A DNA stretch of 64,000 nucleotides from Macrostomum lignano (lineage: Eukaryota), in assembly GCA_002269645.1 (NCBI GenBank), contig NIVC01000103.1, positions 310,001-374,000 on the forward strand, given 5' to 3'. The translations under genes were made by a program, and so were the position numbers. Numbering within the stretch: the stretch's first letter is position 1; every line of letters begins with the position of its first letter. The notes below the pieces were generated by a model. It was not told the origin of the DNA and ran no database searches. It was given only the letters and a program-made list of their open reading frames with translations. Positions 37,775-47,112 of the stretch are shown here, in pieces.

Positions 37775-38500
37775 AACACCTGAGTTTCTGGAAGGGTGGA
37801 TGGAGGCTCAACACCTGAGTATCTGGGAGTGGCGGGTGGGGGCTCAACACCTAAGGATCTGGGAGTGGTGGATGGGGCTCAACACCGGAGGATCTGAGAG
37901 TGGCGGGTGGGGGCTCAGCACCTGAGGATCTGGGAGTGGCGGGTGGGGGCTCAGCACCTGAGGATTTGGGAGTGGCGAGTGGGGGCTCAGCACCTGAGGA
38001 TCTGGGAGTGGCGGGTGGGGGCTCAACACCTGAGGATGTGGGAGGATGGCAGCTCAACACCTGAGTATCTGGGAGTGGTAGATGGAGGCTCAACACCTGA
38101 GTATCTGGGAGTGGCGGGTGGGGGCTCGGCACCTGAGGATCTGGGAGTGGCGGGTGGGGGCTCGGCACCTGAGGATCTGGGAGTGGCGGGAGGGGACTCA
38201 ACACCTGAGGATGTGGGAGGATGGCAGTTGCTCAACACCTGAGTATCTGGGAGTGGCGGGTGGGGGCTCGGCACCTGAGGATCTGGGAGTGGTAGATGGA
38301 GGCTCAACACCTGAGTATCTGGGAGTGGCGGGTGGGGGCTCGGCACCTGAGGATCTGGGAGTGGCGGGTGGGGGCTCGGCACCTGAGGATCTGGGAGTGG
38401 CGGGTGGGGGCTCGGCACCTGAGGATCTGGGAGTGGCGGGAGGGGCTCAACACCTGAGGATGTGGGAGGATGGCAGTTGCTCAACACCTGAGGATCTGAT
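37775..38500. repeat. 36-bp G-rich array CTCGGCACCTGAGGATCTGGGAGTGGCGGGTGGGGG
   Basis: About 20 copies between MRPS21 and TMEM161. Confidence 0.95.
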
Positions 38501-38719
38501 GGGGTCTGATGGGCTTACGCCACGAATATAAATTGGAATAACTCGAGTAAAAAGCTTTAAGACAAGCATTTCTTGCATGACAGAAGACTAATTGTCTCCT
38601 AATTATATTTATTACATTTATAAGCTAAGTTCTAACAAACTTGCACAGATTTGCACGAATCAAATATGAATATGAATTTAGTCAGACACAAGCACTAAGT
38701 AGCATCATCAGTCAGTTGG

Positions 38720-39016
38720 TTATCGAGGCCAAGGCGAAGGCCTGTTCGTTCGCATTAGAAACTTGATCTTCCTGGCCATCTCGGCGTCGTAAACCCGCTT
38801 GCAGCGCTCGTAGATGACTCGTCTGCGCCATTTGTCCGGCGTCTCGTAGTAGATCTGGCTGTTGAACGATTTCACGTAGCCGTCCTTGGATAAAATGCGT
38901 TGCAGTCCGTTGAACGACAGCTCAAGACCGCCATTGGCCTGGTCCATCACTTTGACGCTGCGTTGAAGGAATTTGAAGTTGCGAAAGTATTGATCGGGTG
39001 ACAGGCGTCCTGCCAT
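38720..39016 (-). CDS. MRPS21: Mitochondrial ribosomal protein S21 (bS21m), single exon, 98 aa
   Basis: FKFLQRSVKV...LQRILSKDG...YYETPDKWRRRVIYERCKRVYDAEMARKIKFLMRTNRPSPW matches YYEKP...[28 protein letters not shown]. Confidence 0.95.
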   Translation of the reverse strand: MAGRLSPDQYFRNFKFLQRSVKVMDQANGGLELSFNGLQRILSKDGYVKSFNSQIYYETPDKWRRRVIYERCKRVYDAEMARKIKFLMRTNRPSPWPR

Positions 39017-39134
39017 GCTTGATGCTAAATTGGCAGCAACAGGGAAATAGCTTTAATAATTGAAATATCAAGACATTCTTTGACAACAGGATAACGTTGC
39101 TATCATGCTATTAAAGCATCCTAAGCTCTAAATA

Positions 39135-39450
39135 GGGGTTGCAGCCTAGTGGTTAGAGCGTCGGACTCATGACTTAAAGGTCGGGAGTTCGATTCCCGAT
39201 CCCACTCGGAACAATTTGTGTCCTGGAGCAAGATGCTTGCCTAACTCTGCATTGCTTCAGTTCACCTGGCTATAAAATGGGTGCCAGCATTAGCTGGGGT
39301 AATTGAGGGTGTGGTGGTGTTCAGTAATTGGACTGAACAGCCGTATGCAGCCTTCTGATGGGCCACACAATAGCTGCAGCTGAGCTGTCAGTTGCACATC
39401 TGGCCTAATTGGGGCAGGTGTAATCAATTTTTACCATTATTGTTATTATT
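39135..39450 (+). mobile_element. Full-length tRNA-derived SINE
   Basis: A-box CAGCCTAGTGG, B-box AGTTCGATTCC, same body as the 34492 copy. Confidence 0.88.
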
Positions 39451-40661
39451 TTAAGCTTTAAAACTAGAGTTCCCACTGTAGTTACAGACATTGCAGTTTG
39501 AAAGGCAGGACATACAAATATGGATATGGAAACACATTTCCTATTCCTATATACTAATAATAATGGCCACTCAATAACTGAGGCTTAAAATAATTGATTT
39601 TATTGGTTGGTTGAGTTAAGCAATAGAATTTAATGAATTTTTTCAGTTTTAAAGCTTTTGTAAGAAGAATTCTAAGGTCAGGCACTCTACAACAGAGATT
39701 TTTGGTCATATGTACATTGTGGTATTGAGCTAGTGGGGACTTAAGATGAATGCAGCCCAAAACATTCTTATAATACAATACATGAGATATTGTTCATGAG
39801 TGAGAGGTTAGACTATTGCTATCATTTTCCTTTTTTCATTATATTATAATGAATGATAGAAAACTGTTTGTTTTGGATTTAATATCATTTTTTACTTTTT
39901 GCTATTTTATTTCATCTTATTTAACCTTGGATTAGGACTGTATATGCTGCACTGGTGCTTCTTTCTACCCCTAACATAGACCACCTCTCACACACAGATA
40001 CACACACACAGAGGCTCAGACTCAGAACCTGGTCCCTACCCTATCCCCCTCTTTCCTTTCTTTTGCTATGCCTGCACCCTGCAGCAAGGCATGGGCTAGT
40101 GGGCCCAGTATCCAGGATATGGCCATTTAGTTAGACTAGTCTAGACTAGACCCTTAGTCTAGTGACTATAGTAGTGCTTGATACAGTTGATTGATAGTCC
40201 TACTGTCCTTTAAGTATAATCATTAGTTGGTTTCTTTAAATGCAATATGTACTATATACTTACAAACTAAAACAAAGCATTCTCAAGAACATGGATATAA
40301 TGTCAATTAGTTTTAATAAATAGAATTTGCTAGATTGGTTATATATGAATTATGTTTAATTCAAACTTACTTATTCTCTACTAAATTTTAATTCTTGCAA
40401 TTTGAATTTCACTTAAAAAGTAGAATAGGACTAATTGCTTATTTAGATCATTAATTAGATGCCAAAACATTTTTATTACTTAAACATATGATAGTTACTC
40501 CTACCATTTATCTTTTACTTTTTATATATATTCAAAAACATATTAAAATATTTGGATTTGAAATTTTTTGTACATTCATTCAGATTTGGTTTTGGAAACT
40601 TGTAGAAATCTATACTTGGTCTAGGGCCTATCACTTTTATTAATATGGCATATACTAAGAG

Positions 40662-41324
40662 CCATAGTCAGGAAGGTGGCAAGTGCATGCGGGAATCAAT
40701 TTATGGAAAAATCCTTGGTGCACGCCAATGTACGCCAATTTTTTAAAACCCTTAACATGACGTTTCTGTTGCATGCCAAAAATCTTGAATACCAAAAATC
40801 ATGTACGCCGAAAATTGTGTATATCGTATTAGATACTATTTTTAAATAAATTTTCTACTTACATTAAACAAAGTTTATATAAAAAAGGAAATTAGCTACA
40901 AAGAACATAGTGAGTATCAAAAACTTTTTCTTCATATTTCAAGAAACAAATAAACTAAAAGTCTACAAGAGTCACAAAATAAGAGCGTTTAAAAGTTATT
41001 GGATATTTTAATTTTAATGTAGGCTGTAGAGTGTAGGCCTGGCTGTAGGCTAGGCTGTAGCCTCAACTAGTTGGTTTAATCAATATTCAAATTCAATTGT
41101 TCACGTTTAACTTTATATATTGTATATATATAGTGTATACATCTATATCTGACTTGTTGATATACTGTCAGTTTGTAATTGCACGCCAAGGTTACATGCC
41201 AAGTAAAAAACTTGTACGCTGAAAATTTAGGTGTGGCTTGAGACCCCTATTTGCACGCCAAAATTTTAGCGTGGCTTGTGCACGCGGGAAAATTCCCGCA
41301 TGCAGGCCACCTTCCTGAGTATGG
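40662..41324. mobile_element. 663-bp MITE with about 33-bp TIRs and an 8-bp TSD
   Basis: TIRs CCATA(G/C)TCAGGAAGGTGGC..TGCATGCGGGAAT; ACTAAGAG at 40654-40661 and 41325-41332; subterminal TG(C/T)ACGCC repeats. Confidence 0.88.
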
Positions 41325-41352
41325 ACTAAGAGTAGCAAGTCCATTTTTATAA

Positions 41353-42000
41353 TCTCTACATATAAAAATCAAAACTCTGTGTGTGTGTGTGTCTGTCTGT
41401 GTGTGGACAATTTTGATCGCTATGGACTCCCAAACCGCTCAACCAAATTACACCAAACTTTACACCTACCCTAAACGCACTACGGAGAATGTCTTAGGCT
41501 ACCTTTTAATTTCCTAAATTTGAGTCTTCCTACCTAAAAGTACAAAAAACTGCTCAAAATGCGCGATTTTTTCACTAAATCCTCCATAGCGCCGCTCCAC
41601 TTCTACCGATTCTCTTCAAATTTGACACAGACAATTTTCAACTATTTTGACACAATCGTGTAAAATTTCAAGTCTCAAAGTTAATCCTGAAAGCCGCTGT
41701 GCACTTTTAAAGTTTGGCTGTTTTTTTCAGCAAGGCAGCCACCCCAACCTCCGCCCGCCTGCCTCTCTTTCCCGATCTGGGCCCAGATGTGTAAAAGGGT
41801 TTCAAAATTGACTAACTTTCAGCTGCCATAAGTTTGCTCCAAGTAAAGCGATTGACTTCAAACTTGACACAATTCTTCATTGACTTATTCTCTGTCTAAA
41901 TGTAAAGTTTCAACTCTCGAACTCAATCAGAACAGAAACTGTAAACATGTAAAGTTTGTCTGCTTTTTCTGTTGTTTGTGCCACTCACTCACTCATTCCC
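41353..42000 (+). mobile_element. Possible non-autonomous Helitron-like element
   Basis: A|TCTCTACATATAAAA start, then (GT)n/GTCT microsatellite, then ACCGCTCAACCAAATTACACCAAACTT, resembling invertebrate Helitron-N 5-prime ends; no 3-prime CTAG hairpin found. Confidence 0.4.
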
Positions 42001-42589
42001 CCAGAGCCAGACGAAGGGTCAGGTGATAGGGCTCAATGTACATAGCGAGTGTACAGTGTTTTGGAATAACTTTTTAATAGCCCTCTCTGTACCCCCGGAG
42101 AGGCGTGGAGAGGAGAGACAGTTTAGCGAGAGATTCAAACCACTGTCCTCTGTATAGACAAGTCTGCAGCAGTTTAACTGTGGATGGCAAATCAAGAGTC
42201 AAGACAATGTGGGATGGTTTGTAAAAATAGCGAAAAACTAATGAATAACTTTACAATGCAATCCTACTAAATTAGTTAGTTACACCATGAAGCTTTTAAC
42301 ATTAAGATTCGCATAAGGTAACTTTAAAATTTAAATGGCTTCTAAGAAATGCGTATTTCCTTGGTTGTTAGACTGCTGTAGAGTTCCAGCTGTGGTGGTG
42401 GAGCTGGAGATACACAAATTCCTCTCAGGGCTGCTAATTGGCCAGAAAGATGCCGTGATTAAAGCATAAGATGAGAAATGATAACAATGATAGTACTATG
42501 TCCCACAAACTGGCTTTCAAAGCAGGGATCGGCAGATTTTTACCTGAACAGCCAGATAAAGAATCCAGCTCATGGCTGCGGGCTAGATG

Positions 42590-44360
42590 AGAGTGAAAAG
42601 GAAAAGGAATAGACTATTAGAAAGGGAGGAGGGGCGAGAGGGGGATAGAGAAAAGATAGAAGATATCAGGAGAGACGAGGAGGTGAGGAGAGAGCAGAGA
42701 ATATGGGAGGAAAAAGCGAGAGAAGGGGAGAGAGGAGGGAGAGGAAAGAGTAGAGGTGAGAAGAGGGAGAGAGAAGAATGGAGAGAGGAGACATGATCGA
42801 TGAGAGAGGAAAGTAGAGAAGAGTGAGAAGAGATGAGGAGAGATTAGAGAACAGAGAGGCAGATGAGAGAGGATTGAGAGGAGAGATTAGAAAGGATAGA
42901 GAAGGGAGGAGATAAGAGGGGGAGAGAGGGGAAGAGAGAGGAGTGAGAAGAGAGGAGATAAGAGATGAGAGAGTTGAGAAAGAAGACAGGAGAAAGGAGA
43001 GATGATAGAGTAAAAGGAAGAGGAGGAGAGAGGAAAGAGATTATATTGCAGAGATGAGGGAGATGAAAGGAAAGATGAGAGAGTAGAGATGGGAGATGAA
43101 GGAAGAGAGAGCAGAATACAGAGAGACAAGAGAAGAGAATAGAGGGGAGAGAGTATACAAGAGGGAAGAGAAGAGAGGAGTAGGAAAGAGAGGAGTCAGA
43201 AGAGGAGAAAGAAAGAGTACACAGGAGATAGGAGAGTAGAGACGATAGAAGAGAGAGGGGAATGAGAGAGCAAAGATGAGTGTGAACAAAGGATATATGA
43301 GAGGAGAGAGGAGAATGGAGAGAGAAGAGAGAAGACAAGAGAGGGAGAGAGTATAGAAGAGGGAAGAGAAGAGGCGAGAAGAAAGAAGAAAGGAAAGAGA
43401 GTCCTGAGTCAAAAAATGGGAAAGAGAAGAATACAAGAGGAGAGAGGTGAGAGAACATATGAGAGTAAAAACGACAGATGACAGAAGGGAGATGAGATAG
43501 TGGAAACGAGAGTCAACAGACGAGAGATGGGAGAGTAGAGAGAAAAGAGGAGAGATAAGAAATAAGCGATGAGAGGTGGAGACAAGGGAGAGATGAGAAG
43601 TGAGTGAGGAGAGAGGAGGGGAGGGGAGAGAATCTGAGTGAGGAGAGAGGATGGGAGGGGAGAGAATCTGAGTGAGGAGAGAGGAGGGGAGGGGAGGGAA
43701 TCTGAGTGAGGAGAAAGGATGGGAGGGGAGAGAATCTGAGTGAGGAGAGAGGATAGGAGGGGAAAGAATCGAGAGGCCAGGGGAAATTGGTGTAAAGGAG
43801 AAGATAGGAGAGGAAAGAGGGGAGAGATTAGAGAGAAAAGAGATGAGAGGAGAGAGAGAAAGGGGGAGAGGAGAGAGAGCAGATAGAAATGAGAAAAGAG
43901 AAGACAGAGAAGATAAAAGAAGAGAAATGAGAGATAAGAGAGGAAAGAAGAGAAAACTGAGAGGTGAGGGAAGAGACGATAGAAGAGATGAGAGGAGAGA
44001 GTGGACAGAGGAGAGGAGAGAGTTGAGAGAAGAGAGGAAAAAGGAGAGAGGAGAGATGAGGGAAGTGTTGAGAGAGAGTACAGTAAAGAGTGAGAAGAGG
44101 GGAGAAGGAACAGAGAGTAGAGAGCAGAGAGAAGAGAGAGCAGAGAAGAGAGAGTAGAGAGCAGAAAGAAATGAGAATAGATAAAAGAGGAGAAAGGAGA
44201 TTTTTGAGATCAAAGACCAGAAAGAAGAGAGGAGGAGAGAGAAAATAATAGAGGGGAGAGGGAAGAGACGAGAGAAGAGGGGAGAGAGGAGAGAGGAGAG
44301 GTGAGAGACGAGAGAGAAGATAGGAAACAGAAAAGAAGATAGAAGTTTCAAAGGATACAA
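42590..44360. repeat. Non-periodic GA-rich (polypurine) low-complexity tract
   Basis: Almost pure purine strand; L/S/P/F-rich antisense ORFs are artefacts. Confidence 0.93.
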
Positions 44361-46053
44361 GGGACATAGGAAGAAGCAGAGGTAGAGGCCAGAGTTTGCT
44401 TGACATTCTAGGCAGCACCCCAGTTAATAATTTCAATATTTGCCACAAATCCTAATTTTACATGAATGTACTCTATTTTATTTTTAGCTCTATCCTAAAT
44501 TACTAACTATTAATAAGTTTTTGTTTAAGTAGGCCTATGACTTCCGATTGTAGAATACACGCAAAAATAGTTCCAGGGATTGGAGTTCCCTGGGTTCAAA
44601 ATCTGCGGGTTTCAACAGCTTGTGTATTATAATTTAGTTGTCATGAAAACAAGTAGATCATTATTGAAATAGGACTGTGAAAATAAGCACTACCAAACTA
44701 GAACTATTTAATTCAAAATCTAATTAAAAATAATGATCATTCTATATCTCTATAAACTCCAAAAATGCATTTTTTAGCTAAAATGATTTTTAGTTCAAAT
44801 TTACTGAATATTGCTGGTATTTAATTGTTATAATTCCTTGGCTTAAGCATAATTGCTAGGCTACCTAGGCTTAGGCCTAGCCAAAAGTGTAGGCCTATAA
44901 TTCATCATATAGAAATTTCACTGTATTTTGCTTTTTGTAGGCCTAGTAAGAATATTCAGACTCAAATTATATTAGGGCCTAGGACTTAATTATTAAGCTC
45001 TTGACATTATTTTTAGGGCCTAGGTCTATTTTATTAAACAAGGCTAGGCCTAAATTTTGCTAAATTTGCATTGCCCATATAAAATTGTTACATGTTGGGT
45101 AGCGATGCCAATATCCATGGCATAAGCATAATGTGTTGCACAGGCAGCACAGCCAAAATAGGCCTAATACAGAAATTATGTAAGTATAGGTATAGCCTAG
45201 GCCTAGTCGACTCCTAGGCGAAGTCCAACTCCAAGTGATCTCTGTATCATTGACAAAGCTTGCGAGCTAGGCCTACCTTACTTTATTATGTTTACTGGTG
45301 CCAGTGCTAGCTAGCTTATAGTTATATACCTTCAATATTTACTGTTTTGAGTCTTTTGACCTACTAAGATGATTGCAAGCAAGCAAGCAAGTAAATATAA
45401 AACTGAATTGCTGTGTAGTACACCTTAATTTCGTAATTTAAATTGGTGCCAACTCGAGGCGTGTGTTAAGTAAAGCAAAGTAATCGCATAGCAATGTAAT
45501 AATACACGTATATTTTCGTTTCGTTCAATACTTTATATTCGTAACTTTATATCAGCTGAATTTCATCGCCTTAGCTCGATGGTGAGTCCAATAAATGCTG
45601 AATCATAGCTCGAACTGTTACTGGCCATGCTTTAGAGTGTGCCTAGTAAGCAGGCAGCTGTGCAAGCTTGTGATTGGGCGGTCAAGGCTCAAAGTCAAAT
45701 TTAGTGTCCTGCCTCCGTTCCTGTTACATTTGGCGACCACGCCAGGACGAATTTCTTCATAGCATAAAAGACCGAAGGTTGCACCTGTCATCGATCATCA
45801 TGTGGTCAGAACGTGAGGCAGAAGAGCCTCAACGGCTAAGACTGAGAAATCGCGATATTTTACGTCCGACCGCTGCGGCTACGGCTTACACCTCTTCGTC
45901 AACCAGTGAGCCAGAATCCGAACGGGAGGCGAACTGGCGGCGCTATCAAGAGCTTCGTGACCTCGATCCTGTGCAAATCTCTGTCGATGAAGCACGCTGC
46001 TGTCAGTCTCAAGTGCCAGTGCCCCCGGGCCCGGCCAACCGTCAACGAACTAC

Positions 46054-47112
46054 ATGGCGACGGGAGACTCATTCCTGCTGGACACCAGGCCTTCCGCGGC
46101 AGCTGCGGCAGCTGCAGTGACACATCCACCAAGACCCTCTGTGCACCGTATGGCCGAACCATGGGCTCCGTTGCTCCAAGGCGGATCTCACCCTGGCGCT
46201 GGCGACCGCAACCTGTGCGCACCGGTATATCAACAAGCAATCCAGCTTCCGTCGGTGCCGAAGCCGGCGCCCTTCAACGGATCCGAACCGTTCGATGACT
46301 TTCTGGGTCGAGTGTCTTCGTATTTAAGCCGGCACCAAGGACTGAGTGACTACAGCAAGATCAACACGCTCAGCAGTTACCTGGGACCAGCATTCGCTAC
46401 CTACGAGGTCTGGCTCTACCAACTGTGCGCGCAGCATGGACAGCCCGTTGGGACTTCACTGCAGTTCCTGCCAGGTGCCCGCTATGAAGATCTCCTGCAG
46501 CACCTTCGCGCTCGTCATGGCGGTGCCACCAGCACTGCGCTACTTCGGCGCGAGCTTCACAGTCGGTGCCGGGGCAGGGACGAGAGGTTCGAGGATTTTC
46601 TGACTGCCCTCCAGCGACTCGCGTTCAAGGCCTACCCAGAGCTCGGTGCTCAAGACTGTCGCCAGCAGACTGTGCTTGAGCGGTTCATTCAAGGGCTGAA
46701 CGACAACTACGTGACGGAGCGGCTGCTTAATATGCAGCTGCCTCTTACTACACCGGATCAGGCCCTGCATTATGCCCAGCAAGTGCGCGAGACCCGGCAG
46801 ATAATGAATTCCCAGTCGCAGCACCACAGCGCCGAGGCGTCAGCTCCAGCGGCACCGGTTCAGTCAACACCGACAGGAACCCGACCGCAGCATGGGCCAC
46901 AGACGACACAACATCACCAGCCAGCGGCTCATCGAGCGCAGACAGCCCCAGCGCCACCATGGAGATCAGCTGACGCCGCTGCACATCAACAGCAGCAGCC
47001 TAGGGCGGTGCCCATCTGCTACGGCTGCCATCAGCCTGGCCACATCCGCCGGAGGTGCCCAAACGCTGGGGGGGCTGGTCCAATGGGCCAGCACCGGCCC
47101 TCTCAGCACTAA
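46054..47112 (+). CDS. gag: Gypsy Gag with a CCHC zinc knuckle
   Basis: FNGSEPFDDFL, Q...E.FEDF...LQRLAFKAYP, ERFIQGL and CYGCHQPGHIRRRC; exact start codon uncertain. Confidence 0.93.
   Translation: MATGDSFLLDTRPSAAAAAAAVTHPPRPSVHRMAEPWAPLLQGGSHPGAGDRNLCAPVYQQAIQLPSVPKPAPFNGSEPFDDFLGRVSSYLSRHQGLSDYSKINTLSSYLGPAFATYEVWLYQLCAQHGQPVGTSLQFLPGARYEDLLQHLRARHGGATSTALLRRELHSRCRGRDERFEDFLTALQRLAFKAYPELGAQDCRQQTVLERFIQGLNDNYVTERLLNMQLPLTTPDQALHYAQQVRETRQIMNSQSQHHSAEASAPAAPVQSTPTGTRPQHGPQTTQHHQPAAHRAQTAPAPPWRSADAAAHQQQQPRAVPICYGCHQPGHIRRRCPNAGGAGPMGQHRPSQH

Noticed and set aside
13735-38500. Regularly spaced 20-49 bp repeats as CRISPR arrays
   Set aside because: Head-to-tail units with no unique spacers, no cas genes and a eukaryotic context
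34492-39210. tRNA genes at 34492, 35641 and 39135
   Set aside because: A and B boxes are present, but there is no acceptor-stem closure and the sequence continues into the SINE body
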